DNA of 64,000 nucleotides from Blasia pusilla (lineage: Eukaryota). The stretch lies in contig CM114271.1 of the NCBI GenBank assembly GCA_050084515.1, forward strand, positions 11,842,001 to 11,906,000. Reading direction: 5' to 3'. The notes under the pieces are model-generated. The model did no database searches. It was not told where the DNA came from and was given only the letters and a program-made list of their open reading frames with translations. A program made the position numbers and the translations under genes. This document shows positions 32,613 to 46,620 of the stretch, piece by piece (position 1 is the first letter of the stretch; each line of letters starts with the position of its first letter).

Positions 32613-35600
32613 AAGTCGATGTGGCTGACGCATTGAATTCAGTTTCCCGTGCGGCCATGTTTGAGGAGTTATGCTATGTAGGAGGAAAACTTGCAAGTCT
32701 CATTCCATTTTTTCGTTCCTTTTATGCCTATGATACGCTCATTATCTATTCTCATCATGCTTCTTCCAGAGCATATTATATTCTCTAATCAGCTTGTGGC
32801 ATGTGTCGAGGTGATCCCATGAATGGCCTACTCTTTGCCATTGCATATTTTCGTGCCATTCAAGCATCATCCCAAGTAGTTCCATCTTGTCTTTTCCTTC
32901 TATTTCTCATGATACTCACATTATAGGTCCTCCTTCTGATGTGGTTCATGCTTATACCCATTTTCTAGAGCAACTCTCTTTCTTAAACCTTAAAGTCCAA
33001 CCTAGTAAATGTTGGGTATGGTCTCTTTCATGCCTTCCCTCAACATTCATCCGAATTACTTCTGCTTTTCCCATCTGCATTGAAGGGGTTAAGATTCTTG
33101 GGGTCCCAATTGGCTTCATCAACTATGTCTCCAAGTTCTTGGATAAGGCCCTTTTGAAAGACATAGAATGGCTTCATTTGTTACCGCATCTAGGGGATCT
33201 CCAAGTGGCTTATGGGATTCTCTTCCAGTATTTTCTACAACGCCCCTCCTACCTTTTTCTCACTTGTCCTCCCACTTCAACATTCTTGCATCAATTGGCC
33301 TCTTTTGATGCTTCTATCTTGGAAACTTTTGGTCAACTTCTTGGCTCGAATACATTTGAGGGAGAGGATGGTGTCTTGGCTTCATGAAAAGCTATCTTGC
33401 CTATTTCTTTTTGAGGGATAGGGCTTTCCTCCATAGTCATATTTGTTCCAACACTTTTTTGGGGGAGTTGGACATTGGTAGCATCGATTATGACTTCAAG
33501 GTTTCTCCAAGAAGATACACCTATCTTGATGGATCATGTCGCCCGTGTAGATTTCGTGACCCTCATAGCCAAACATGCGCCAAAGAGAAACATCCAAACT
33601 CTAGCGGGCTCACGCTAGGATGGTTTGCGCGTTGGAGTGGTCTCTTGGAAGAGACACGAGAGATGAGATGCAAACAAGGTTGAGAATTTCATGTGTTTAT
33701 GGTCGCAACTAGGAAACCTAGACCAAACGTGAACCAAGGCTTGAGGGAAGTCAAATCTAGGAAGGTTGGTTGCCAAAGAGGTGAGAACTCGATTTGGAAC
33801 GTGGCTATCGTTTGGGATTTCGACTGTATTTTGGACCATGAAGTTTAGTCCCAAGATAAGTTTGGGACAAGTAAGGCGGTGTTGGAAATCTTATGCAAGG
33901 TCAGTTCCAATGCGCCAAAGATATCAGAAAACACTCAAGCAAAGGATGAGATATTGGCTGAAAATGACTATACATGTAGTCGAGTTGAGGGCCAAAAAGA
34001 GGGGCCGAAGGTCTTTTCCCCGAAGGTACGGGGAGGGCAGAGATCCCTAGAAGTACTAGTAAGGGGGAGGTCTCCAAGAGTGCTTGGGACTCAAACCCCA
34101 CTTTAGGGCGTTGCAGGGCGACTCTAGGGCACAAAATGGATCGGGAGTTTTAGCGTTGGGATTCGAAACCCGAACCAGATCCAATAAATTAGATTTCGGA
34201 GGTCCCTATTGGATCCAAACCCGCGACTCATATTTTTGGATCTTGGTTTGGAGGCTCATGCGAGGTCCCTTGGAGAGTTGGTACTGCGAGGCACGCAAAC
34301 ATCATTTTAGGTGCGTGGACTAACTAGAAATTTGTCCCAAGTCTTGGAAGACTTGCCCATGTTGGTAAGCTAGGAATTATGGAAGGTTGAGCTTAATGAG
34401 GTTCTGAGTTGAGAACTCGGTGGGTTGGAAGGCTGATTGAACCAGACCAGACTAACGTTATTGTGTTTGGGTATAGATTGGCGATGAGAGCATGTCCTAC
34501 TGAACGTAGGCTTCCGCAACACTAAAGATGACGTTTAAGAGGAGTAGGCGCATGACACTAGTGGGCTCACACTGTGATGCTTGCGCATTGGAGAGGTCTC
34601 TTGAAGGAGACACAAGATATGAGATGTGAATAAGGTCAAGCGTTTCACGCATTTATGGTCGCGACTAAGGAAACCTGAACCTTAAGCAGACCAAGACTTA
34701 AGAGGAGTCAAGTCCAGTTGAGAATGAGACTTGGAATAGAACTAGCGTTTGGAACAAATAAGGTGGTTTTAGAAAGCTTATGCAAAGTCAGTTCCATCAC
34801 ACTAAATATCCTAGCAAACTCACAATTAGAGATTGAGAAAATGCCCAAAAACAATTGTATAGGGAGATGGGTTGAAGGCCAAAAGGAGCGGCCCAATATT
34901 ATTTTCCCAAAGATAGGCAGAGGGCGGAGAACCCCAAAAGTACTAGTAAGGGGGAAAGTCTCCAAGGATACTTGGGACCTTAACTACACTTTGGGGTGCC
35001 ATGAGGCAAACCAAGGGCACAGAATGGATCAAGAGGTTGGCGTTGAGATACGAAACCCAAGCCAAGTCCAACAGACTAGGTTTCAAAGGTCACTCTTGGA
35101 TTCCAAGCCGCGACTCATTTATGTGGGTCTTGGTTAAGGGCTCATCCAAGATGCATTGGATAGTTGGGACCGCCAATCGTGCCAACGCCAATTTAGGTGA
35201 CAGTCTATCCCAAGTCTTGGAAGACTTGCCATGTTGAGAAGTGAGGAACTAGGAAGGTTGAGCTTGATGAATGGGCCGAGGTGAGGACTCGGGGAGTTGG
35301 AAGGCTGATTGACCCAGACCGTACTAACGTGAGGGTATTTGGGTACAGATATGTAGTGAGAGCGTGTCCTACTAAACACACGCTTCCGCAACACTAGAGA
35401 TTGATGCTCAAGAGGAGTAGGCACACGACAATAGAAGAGGGGGGCATGTTATTTAAAAAACAATTGAGATTTTCTTGAGGTCTTCTTACTCTCGCTACAC
35501 AAGCAATTCTACCCCCTTTCAATTAATTAATTACAAAAGGGCTTGATCGAATTCAAGAGCATATCTCCAAGAATTTGCATCAAATCAACTTTTCCAGCAT

Positions 35601-36400
35601 TCTCTCTGAGGCATCCTCTAACGCTCATTGAATCGTCTGTGTTCATGTGCGGGTACAAGAGCAGGGGCATAGTTTATTGCAATTCCTCTTCTTCTTCCAT
35701 TTCGTCTTCCTCAAACTATATTCTCAAATGCTTTGCGGTTACGATTTGGACTTCCCGATCCTTCTTTTTTAGGTTTGTCAAATTATGTATGCGAGGATCC
35801 CATTGATGCAAAGGATATCCACATTCTCCGATGTGCACATGGTGGAGAACAAACGGCCACACATGATGTCAGTAGAGATGCGGTAGCATTGGTGGCTCGT
35901 ACTGCTGAGTACACCGTTGGGCAAAAGAAACTCCATGTACTACCTTCAACTACACAAGAAATCTCTTGGCGGAGAGTTGATCTTTTTATGTCTCGAGGTA
36001 GATTCCGAACACTAGGTGATGTGGTGGTTACCGATCCAACACATTCTAACTTGGCGTGTCGAGCCGCACAAACCAAGGTTCGTCAACCAAAGCAACAACA
36101 AGAATCAAGGAGTTAAGTTATGTTGTGAAACATGCGAGCAATGAATTTATTCCTTTTGCAGTGGAAATATTTGGTCATTTACGTGTGTATTTTGATACTT
36201 TCCTAAAAACATGTGTTCACCACTCTCTCGAGAATCATTATCTTGCCCCTTCCCGTAGTCCTTCTCTCTGTAGCCACTACTTATTTTCAGAAATGCGTCT
36301 CAGTGGCCTTACAAGATGCACAAGCTTTGGCATGATACGTCGTGTGGAAGTGATGAGGGTCGCTCACCTGGTCGTCCGTTCACGTTTGACCAACTACTAG
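32613..36400 (+). mobile_element. CRE-like non-LTR retrotransposon (RT plus C-terminal zinc finger and restriction-like endonuclease), 5'-interrupted, decayed
   Basis: RT motifs VDVADALNSVSR, GMCRGDPMNGLLFA, PSISHDTHIIGP and GVKILGVPIG. C-terminal region: RFGLP..CEDPID..HILRCAHGGEQTATHD..RRVDL..DVVVTDPT..K..Y..FIPFAVEIFG. Confidence 0.8.
33552..35430 (+). mobile_element. Tandem pair of diverged LTR-like units inserted in the CRE ORF
   Basis: Termini TTTCGTG...CACGACA with GTAGA/ATAGA flanks. Unit 1 (33552-34557) and unit 2 (34558-35430) are colinear. Excising the insert restores the CRE frame DHVARVEEGGMLF. Confidence 0.7.
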
Positions 36401-39400
36401 TGTTCTTGTCATATTTGTTTCGAATTATCAATTGTATAACTCATTGAGTTGATACTGTACTAGTTAGTTTTCATTTTCTCTTTTTATTCCACTATGTATT
36501 TTTAAACTCGTTTTTCAGCACATTATTAACTTTCTTTATTGTCTTTTAAAATTTGTTACCATAATGAAATGGAATTTTTTTTACTCGTTACCAATCCCCC
36601 GCCACCGTTCCTTCAGCCTTTCCTCCATCTTCGGCCAACCTCAATTGCTTGACAATCGCTGCTCAGAGTCGCATAACGCATGGCGGTATCTGTCCTGGGT
36701 CGATCCTGCACATCCTACCCTAATACACGCCGCGTGTCCGACGACTCCGATCTTTCCACCGGTTGCACCTGGTAATGAGAGCAGATGGTGGATCACGTGT
36801 GTTGTATACGGGAACTACACTGTCAGACAGTCAGAAGATGAATGGAGGAGGCAGCACACAGAAACGCAACCGTGTGTAACTGTTCCGGACAGACGTGCCC
36901 TCATTTCTGGATCTTCCCAAGTTCCCAATCCCCAGGCCGTGAGTTATCTCGCCCCTGTGCATGTGTCGTGACACGAGAGGTTCACAATTTTGCTTTCGGG
37001 TACGTTAGTACGTGGCACCGGAGTGCTTCTCTGTGTCCTGTCCTAGCCGCCGCCAAACTATCGACGGACCAGCCTGCTGCCTGCCTCCTCTATTCGAGTG
37101 GCCAAGCCAAAGCTGCCCAACTGCGTGGTAACTACTGCGGTTTTGCAGTGTCTACTGGGTTAGAGATCAACTTCCTCCTCGCGTACCCCCATGCGCGGAA
37201 TTAGTGTCCGCCATAGCCAGACTCCAACTCGAGCTTGTTCCAGATCCCAGAAGTGGACGGTCAATAAAGCCCACACGAATTCCATGAGCCCAACTTCCAG
37301 CCCTACACGGGAGTATATATATTGATTGATTGAGATGTTCGCCTAGCCTATTGAGAGGCGAGAGACGAAAGGATGAGGAAAACCGGGCGCGAGAAAGGGA
37401 GAAGGGGACGGGCAGGAGGTGGACCAGACAGATTTTTATGGAACGGGGAAGGAGGAGGAGGCGGGCGTAGATGTCATGAGAGCCTGTTATTAGGATATCG
37501 CCAGATCTTGCCGGGTATGAATGGAGAAGCGTTGCCTGCCACTGCGTCCGGGTGATACGAGGGAATAGTTTTATTTTTCTTTTCACAGAGCGTCATTCGT
37601 CAGCTGGACTAGAATAAGAAGAGAAAGGGTGATTGGGGAAAGAGCACTGAGCTCAAACAGGTCCTTCGCCACTGCTTTTACATGGAATCCTCATGCTGTA
37701 ACACGTCAAAGCCTGTGCACTATCCACTCAACTGCCAACGCACCTCCGACTTCGTTTGCTTGGCTTACACCTCTATCTACCTTGCTGGATAATTTTTTGC
37801 GTACCCGATGATGCCTCACGTCCTCTTCCTCATTCTCTTCCTTCTTCTGCGCTGACTGACTGAGTGACTGGTAGTACGAACACTAGACTCCAATCTTTCG
37901 GCTTTGAGCTTGACGATTCCTGCATCCCAAGCAAACGACGAGGTTTTTCGGCTGGCTAAGGCTTCCAAATGTGCGTTCTGATGCTCTCTTCTTCTCCTTT
38001 TCTGCTTTTGCGACCCAAACCTACCGCGTTCCGAGATGGCGTTCTGATGGATTTCTGATGGCGTTCGGGCTTGTCTCTGCCCTGCGTTATGGTGGTTTCC
38101 TCATGCTAGGACGTTCCTGTTTTCGCTAGGAAAGCTGACACAGTTATGCTCTATTTTCTTAGGTTATGGGTCGATCTTTTCTCCTTCTTTCCCACTTCAC
38201 TAGCACTTAGTCTACGGTCGTAGCCAACAACACCGGCAACATCTGAGTGATTGAAACCTCTGCGCAACCTGTTTGATAGTTGAAATTTGGGGCGGAGTTT
38301 CCCTAGCGAATCCTCAGCGAATTGGGCTGTCGGCAATTCTGGTTGCGTTTGCCCAGATCGCGCGAAGGCTTTGAGTTAGTCATGCCTCAATTGCAACAGC
38401 TCTTGTAAGACCTGAATGTGCTCAGTCCTGCTGCGTAAACCTGCGCTTCATCTTCATCCGATGTTGCATTGCGCAGAGTCCCTGCTGCTCTCCTACATGA
38501 GCCCTACGACATCACTCATTCAGGTCAGGCTACACCTCAAGGAAGGAATCGTCACTTCTGCAGTAGAATATGTGGCGCATCACTGGACGAAACGATTACA
38601 TAAAACGGGAAAAGTCGTTGAGCCTCCCTGCAAACTTTCCCCGGTGGATTGCCATGGATATTTTGGCTGGAATATGCGTCGGGTCTGCACCATGCAGCCT
38701 CCGGATGGGCTGGCTACACCATCACAACCCCTCACCAGATCAGAACCAACCCATCAATGTCGGAAGCACACGCATTGTGTCCAGGTCAACGCATTAGAAA
38801 ATGCAACCGTCTCAAAGCTCTCGTGAAAAAGACTCGACACAACTCCTCGCTTAACCTTGAACCTTGTCCCAGACAGGTTGAGCCGTCCACATGTCCGACT
38901 TTCCAGATTTTCTCGCCAGGTGCTTCTGTCCCTGCCAGTGATGACGGTGCCTGCGTCAATCTGCAGGCGTCTTCGTGAATGATAGAAACCGCTTGTTATC
39001 GTTTGCGAGGTTCTAACCAGCTGTCTCTCATCGCAGTTAATGAGCTGATAATGCGACGGTGAGGATGCACCCTGGGCGGACAGAGGTAAACTTTAATTGT
39101 TATTTCGTGGAGCTTTCATAGTGGTAGTTTATTTCTTCTTCGTGTGGTTGTGGATGGCCATGATTTTGAATCGCCTGCTTCGATGAATGGAATGGAGTCA
39201 TTGCATGATTTTGCTGTTGTTGTGAAGAATCACGGAAGGGTTAAAAGGTTAAGGGGTGGTTGTGAAGTGGTCATGCACTATGGGCTGGTGAAGTGCATGA
39301 GCTTCAATATAGGGTCAGGAGGCAGTGTTGGGCAAAAAAATTGAGATCATATCAAAGGGTACATCAATACAACAGGTTTTTCGAGCTGGTAAACCCCCGA

Positions 39401-39628
39401 GACAACCGGCTGTTTATATTTTTCGGTTCTCTGAGGCGTGCCCCTCAGGTTAGTTGAGAGGAGAGCTAACTTCAACCGGCCGATAACCAAAGCATAATCG
39501 ACCAAAGATTGGAAGCAAAACCCAACGTTCTAGTCTATTCCCGAAGAATATTGCCAAGTCCTTTCCCACGAGACGGAGGATCACTGAGGTCATGTTCTTT
39601 TTGCTTGCCCAAGAGGGATAGTATAGGA

Positions 39629-42600
39629 ATGAGGTTTCTGAAAGGGTGTCGGTGCACACCGGTCCTCACATTACTTGACGACGAGATTTTAAAACGGTCT
39701 GTCCAATTTGTTTTTGTCAGTTGGTGTAACTTTCCAATTTCCAAGTGCCGATCATGAATTTATTCAAACTTAAAGGGTACAACTCTCTGCATACTGGACA
39801 GTCACAGCATACATCCTCTTCAGACGACCTGTGGGTTGATTGCGGAAGTGTATTCGGCTGTCGATGCCTGCAGTTGTTCTGGCCTCGCCAGTTGGTGAGG
39901 AAGTGGCTCCAGTTCAAACCTACTGGAGATGACTTCAATTCCGATCGAATCGAACATGATGCTACCGTTCCATACGAGACAGGTGCGGCTGTTGAGTTTT
40001 GTGATGGATGGATTCTCCCTTCATTCGTACGATCGAAACCCGTGTCTCCTTTGATTGATGTAGATCTTCAGTTCAACATACTATGGGGTAGATTTTTCTT
40101 GTTGCCCTTTTTGCCTGTAGCCGTATTAGCTTCCCACTGTGTATGTGCGTAGCTGTCTGTTTGAAGGCAATCACTTCTACAAGCTGTCGAAACTGAGCAT
40201 GATTCATACCCGCAGAGGAGGAGGCTGAGGATGAAAAGGAGGGTCGTGGCTCCTTTTCAGAGACGCTACCTGAGCTCACAACAATAGGTAAGACGTAGAG
40301 ATTGGCTCTGGGAACCAGCTAGCGGTTGTTCTACGGTTACAATCTATACGGGGAGGTATTGGATCAATCATCTGCGGATATCTAGAGTTCTCTCGAGGTG
40401 ATGTCATTGAACAAATCTCGAGGTTCTGTAAATTAAAGGCTAAACCACGTCGAGATTTACCTGTTTTGTTTCAAAGTGGTCCACACCACTGCTTGAGTCT
40501 TGTCATCAAATGAAGATTGAGGGTGCGCTAAGTCTAGTGTTAGCGCTCATCTATTTCAATTTTGTGGCAAGTTTCTGGACAGATATGAGGTGTGATACGT
40601 CATTTGTGAAATTTCTTCTTATTGATGTCTTGAGTGATTGAAAATCTGGTCAACTGTGCGCTAAAGTCTCCTTGATTGATCGATAATCTAGTTTAACTAT
40701 GCGCGAAAGTCTTACTGTTGCTCGTTTACATCATACCAGAGGAGCCCCAACCACTGAGTAGGCCTCCACGGCCACTCATCCGAGGTCAATCAGAGACATT
40801 GCGGAAACAATATGTGGATACCAAAGATTACCGGTATGTCCGAGCTCTTGCCACAGAGCTGCTGTAGTCCATGTCCCACTCAAGATTCCACAACTCAAGA
40901 TTCTTCTTTCTGCTGCTTCTAACTTGGGGAACTGACATATCTGGATCAGTATTGCGGTAGGAACATGGAATGTCGCTGGTAAGCTGCCTCCTGAAACATT
41001 GGAACTGGACGAGTGGCTCGACAGCTGTCAGGAAGCTGATATTTATGTTCTTGGGTGGGTGTGAACGAACCCTGCACCTTTTCTTGAATCGCCGAGCCAC
41101 CTCTTAAGACCAGTCTCCTGGTGGCGACTAAGCTGCGAAAAGATAGAGATGTCGTTTGAAGCAAGTTGAACATAATAAATAGGAATCTTTCTGCACTTAT
41201 GTCGATTGTTTGCAGTGGAAAATAATCTGTGTTTATCTTGCGCTGCAATTGGCTGCAGCTTCCAGGAAATTGTCCCTTTGAATGCGGGAAATGTGCTGTG
41301 CGTCGAGGATGATGGACCAGCTGCTAAGTGGGAGAATCTGATACGAGAAGCTCTCAATGAAAGGTGCCAATCTTACAGGGGAATGAGCCAGAGTGCTCCC
41401 CACTCACCTTGGAAGGACCTGACAATGGCGGATGTTCCTGAAATCGTTATCGACGAAATTATTGAAGGAGTTGCCAGCGAAGACAAAATTTGTTCAATGA
41501 TGGAAGGCGACCTACCAGAAGTTCGTAACATCAAGCAAACACGAGTGGGCGCAAGCTCTAAACATAAGGCAAAGAAGCAGTACCGAATTATGCCCGATGT
41601 GAGATTAACCCCCGAAGCAAGACTGTCATTAGATTCTAAAGCAACCCCACGAGGGCTTTCAGTTGACCGGAATTTTGCATCGGAACGGAGAAAATCGTCA
41701 TCAGATCAAAACTTCACACAAGACGCGATAATTCCCACTGACTGCAACAATTTTTATGACTGGTCGCGGAACGGAGCTGGACTTGCAGAGAGTTTTCATT
41801 CCTTCGCTGACCAAGAGGAATCTCTCCAAACTCCCCTTTTCCCTCCAGACTCTCAAAGTGGATTCACTGACGAATCCAGTCACAGCAAGGCACGCTACTC
41901 AAGGGTTGCCAGTAAGCAGATGGTCGGGATATTCATCACAGTTTGGGTTCGAACAGAGCTTCGGCGTCATGTACACAACGTAAAAGTGTCTTGCGTGGGT
42001 TGTGGCCTTATGGGGTATTTAGGCAACAAGGTCCGTTTTAGTCCTAACCCCCCCTATGCAGCCTAAAGTGTTGGAAAGCTCAAAGATTTCCAACACTTGA
42101 GTTTTAAGTCCTCTATTCAGCCTGGTCTGGTAGACAGTAAGAACGTGTGCGAAGTTTAAATTTGCTCGGTGACTAATACAATCTGTGTGAGTGTATAGGG
42201 ATCAGTTTCAGTCAGCATGAGTCTTCACCAGACGTCTTTTTGTTTCGTTTGTTCCCACTTAACTTCTGGGCACAAAGAGGGCGACGAACTTCGTCGCAAC
42301 TCCGATGTTGCCGAAATCCTGCGCCGGACCCAGTTTCCTCGTTCTTCAAAGTTACTACAGCTACCGGAGAACATCATGTCACATGAGTATGCTTCTCACC
42401 ATCTGTTAAAGCTATTAGTAGTTGACGATGTACGATTGGGTGCTACTTGCTCATGGATAGTCTGGTGCGAATATTTTGCACTGCTTAGAAATATTTGTCT
42501 CCATCGCTCATGACCTTAACCGTCAAATAATTTCAATCTTCCTAGAAATTGAGCAGTATGTCTCGAATATTCCAGTTGACCACCGTTGTGACAAATTAGT

Positions 42601-43959
42601 TGCAGGATTTGGCTTGGGGACTTGAATTATCGCCTTGCCATGCCTGATCATGAAGCGAGAACCTTGATTGCCAGGGAGGATTGGGAGTTACTTTTAGAAA
42701 AGGATCAGGTACGTGAGAATAACTCACCAACCTTTACATCTGCACATCTACAGAAACCGCCCCGTCATCCTCGACACTTGAAATTTGCCAGAAATTTCTT
42801 TCCATTGCTGGTTTCTTCCATCTACGTGCAGTATCGGAGCTTCTTCTCTCAAATACAGTAGACTGGCAGATTTGCCAGCAACTAGGATGAAAGCGTTCTA
42901 AGGCGTTAAATGTTGAAACCTACAGTTAAGAGTTGGCAAGTGAGAACTAGGGTTCCTTGGAGCCCATAAAATGAATGGATACTGATTACTGTCCCCAGCT
43001 GATGTGGGCTCCAGTTAAAGCTTGAGCAAAATGGAAGGCGTGTGTTTGATGGCTGGGAAGAGGGTCGTATTGATTTTCCGCCCACGTACAAGTATTGCTT
43101 CAACTCGGATCAATATTCTGGCCAAAATCTCAAGGCAGGAGAAAAGAGACGAACTCCAGCCTGGTAAGGATATAGTGGATAGATCTGAATAATTATCCTG
43201 AAGAGTCAAATCTGCAATTGGGATATTTCTATACATAATATTAGTCCGCGAAATATCAACGTGGGGAGGAATCGTTGTGCACTAAAGCCAGAAAGTCTGC
43301 ACTCCCATCGAAGATCCAGTTCCGGTTTGGTAGTGACATCAGAAAGTTCTTTGAAATCGTTTTCGGACATTCGTCGTTCGTCATTTGAATGCAGGTGTGA
43401 TCGGATCTTGTGGCTGGGGAGGAACTTAAGAGTGACTTCATATGTGCGCACAGAGTCGAGACTGTCAGACCATCGACCAGTAAGTGCTGTATTTACAGCC
43501 GAAGTAGAGCGACTCAGTCGGCACAAGTTAAAGAGGGCTGTAACATTCGCCAAGCCGATTCACAAAATGCAACCCGAAGATATATCTCCACACCTTTCAT
43601 CATTGCGAGGGTTGCACAAGGTTCCCCTCGACGAGGTAAATTCACTTCGACAATTTTTTTTGGAAGAAACGCCTACATCATACCTGGATTTGAATCCCTG
43701 AAGCATTCTTTATCCTAGGTGAGGATCTACTGCACTGAAAGACCCGATACTGATGGTGCCTTTTCCATGCTATCATTTGCAGACGAGATATCCAAATCCA
43801 GGAAATGTACAAACACTGCCGTTGCCATCGTCTGCAAAGTTGACGGTTTCTCAATCCTTCAAACTTCGAAAGGAACGGTCAATGCCGGGTGGGTGCATGA
43901 AAGTTGAAGACATGGAGGTGAGAAGAGTTTCACACCACAGAGCGGTGTTCGACACTTAA
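39629..43959 (+). CDS. Type I inositol polyphosphate 5-phosphatase (IP5P1/CVP2-like family), multi-exon
   Basis: GT-AG exons join in frame: (39629-39661 or ATG 39754), up to 39982, 40216-40287, 40740-40833, 40950-41054, 41259-42030, 42199-42386, 42600-42708, 43015-43163, 43395-43635, and a last exon to 43907 or 43959. Motifs: [86 protein letters not shown]. First and last exons are uncertain. Confidence 0.93.
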
Positions 43960-46100
43960 TCTCCGTTGTCTTGCCAATTTGATGAAATAATTCTTGCTCG
44001 TCCTCGACCGCCCAAAATTGCCCTCCTGTCCTGCGATTACTTACCCACCAACTCAAAGTAGGACTCGAGCACCCATATCTGATCGGGAGATTGTGGATGT
44101 GAACAGAATATGTCTAATCAAAGACTCGCGCATCCCAACTTCTTGTCAGCGTTCTGAATTTTTGACCGGTGCTACAAGAGCCTTCCTCATGGGGTTCTAT
44201 TGAACTAACGTTCCCTCGCAGCCACTAAATGTCCGGGGAATCCGTCCCTAGGTACCATCAATTCTCTGGAGCCATCAACTGACCTAGGCATTAGAAGATT
44301 CAGAGCATTCACTCAGCTAAGGTTAACGTTGGCTCTTCAATTTTCTATTCACAAAGTGCCGAAAACAATTCGATACAGTTTACCGACTTACTAGAGATGG
44401 GAATGAATGTCGGGTCTCGTAGATGACATCTGGTGCTACTACACCTCGACAGCTGGCTTTCCCAGCAATTTGTATTTGCTTATACCCACTCATATGCAGG
44501 CGTAAATACTCGTAGTGAACAGATGGTCCGGGATGGAGGCCACGATGGAGAAATCCGTCGGGTGGTGGAATGAAGGGGAAGTCTCATAAATGTTGGAGTC
44601 GACCCTAATCGATAAGCAGTTGATTGCTCTTCCAGTCGGTTCCGGAGGTACGTTCTCTGCTTCTTTCCCAGATGAGTTTACAATTGAGAATCATCAAAGT
44701 TCGCCAATACCGTTTCTCCTTTCCTCCTCGTTCAGCATCCTGTTGGAGTGATTGGTTGTCGGATGCTGAACGACAGCTGATCACTCAAACACTCTGAATA
44801 CTGACGCTGAAGTTGAATACATGTCTCTGCGATAATTCAGTTGACATGGCCAGTCATCTTCTTGGCAGGGAGGGAGTTTAAACAGGGAGACTCATCATCA
44901 CTTCGTCTGATTGCTCGTCGGAGGAAGTTGCGGTTCTCAAAAGCTGGTACCTCGTCGCTTCGGATTATTAAAACGCAAACATTGTGTCGGAAAATCCCTG
45001 TGTCTCACACGCACTCGTCAGCCGCCATCAGACTCCCTACAATGCTTTGTATGTCAACGTCGAGTGTGGTGAATTTCTCGGTTGGTTCCATGGGTCCAGC
45101 CACTCCTGCACCGATTTTGAGCATAAATCATCGCAGTGGGATATAATCGGACTTTGTCACCTTCGCATGTCCAAGGCATCCAACATCCACTGAATCAAGC
45201 CCCGTTAAGGAAAGGACTAGGTACATGCTCCGATATTCATTTTGGAGATTGACTCCAATACGCGAACCATTCTGACGGCCCTTATACTGGCAGGAGGGCC
45301 ACAACTTAAACGCGAGTACTTAGGAATTCTCCAAGTGGCTAAAGTCATGCTTCACGATTTGAGCATGTGTCGAAAACTAGCACCTCAGCATGTTTTCATA
45401 GTAGTCCCTTGTTAGATTTGTATATATGGTAAAGTTGATCTACGAAGTGATCACAATCGTATGTCACATTTAAGAAGCTACAGCGAATGCCTAGCGGAAA
45501 TTTTATAAATTTCACCAAAATGGTTTTAACGAGCAAATTGGTTAATACTTTAAGAAAATTTGTAAAGTGAAAAATCCTTGTCTTCCAAATAAAATCTTTA
45601 TCATGAAATTGTCTAAATCTCACTTATGTTCAATTCAAAATTCAAATTATGGAAAAAAACTAGGTCTGTGAAAGATGATTTGAATTTTTTTGTTTGAAGT
45701 GAGGGTGGAAGTTACACGTCTATGTAAGGTTTTGGATTTAGTATATCAGGCATACAGTAACCAGTTGTGCAAAAATGTGATTTTACTTTTTAAATATTTT
45801 TAGGAAATGTGAAATTTCAATTGTATATAAATACTTTAAATACTTTTTCCCACCTCCTAATAATTTACTCCATTCCCGAACCTTCTCACCATTCTATTTT
45901 GTTGAAAAAGTAGTAACGTGAGCCTCCCTTAAAGAACCCCACTCTACAATAATTGTTGAAGAAACTCCCCTCCCCCAATTGAAACTACACCTACCTCTTC
46001 TATAAAGATTGAAGCCTCTTTCTTAAAACTAACATTCACTCTTCATTAATTATATCAATCCCCTCTCCCCAAGTTTGTTTAGGGAATTTGTTTTCCCTCC

Positions 46101-46620
46101 CGTCACATCTTAGTTGACCCACTTGTAAAGTTTTTGCCGTGGGGATGGCATACAGGCTTGACTCAGTCAACTGGTATCAGTGTGCTCATAGGTTACCATT
46201 GGAGAGGCTATTTTTTGGGGGAAGACTTTTTGGTTCTTCCCAATGCTATAAGAGAGGGAGATATGGCTTTCCCAAACCATCTTTCTCATGTTGGGCCTTA
46301 GGAGCACCTTTGTTGCTTTGTATATAGTAGGAATTAGGGTACAGGCGTACGGATTCCCTCATAACGGAGGGTGAATGTAGTTCGATATACTGATGTAGAT
46401 TTGAAAGTGGAGTTGGCCGTGTGAGTTATTTTTACTCTGATTTTACTTGAGAAAGATGTGAAGGGGAAGAGGGGAATTCGTTGTATGCATGTAGGCAAGC
46501 GAGTTGCCTTGATGGGGAGCCCCTGGAGACGATGTTTGGCGTATGTGTTGTCTTTTTTCCGTTCGGAAGACTGTAAGCAGACACGCTGCTCTTTTTTTAT
46601 TGATTTTCGTTGGTAGTATG
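46101..46620 (+). mobile_element. 5' terminal-repeat and leader fragment related to Gypsy-B
   Basis: 46190-46620 aligns by eye with 56010-56450 (gatggctttcc..ccatctttctcatgttgggcc; gtaggcaagcgagttgcctt..ggagcccctggagacg). The fragment may extend to ~47480. Confidence 0.7.

Noticed and set aside
36564-39500. Short ORFs and G-box/ABRE-like motifs (CACGTG ~36793, ACGTGGC ~37010) upstream of the 5-phosphatase
   Set aside because: The ORFs show no protein motifs, and short cis motifs occur by chance. The region is likely promoter or 5' UTR, but that cannot be supported from sequence alone.
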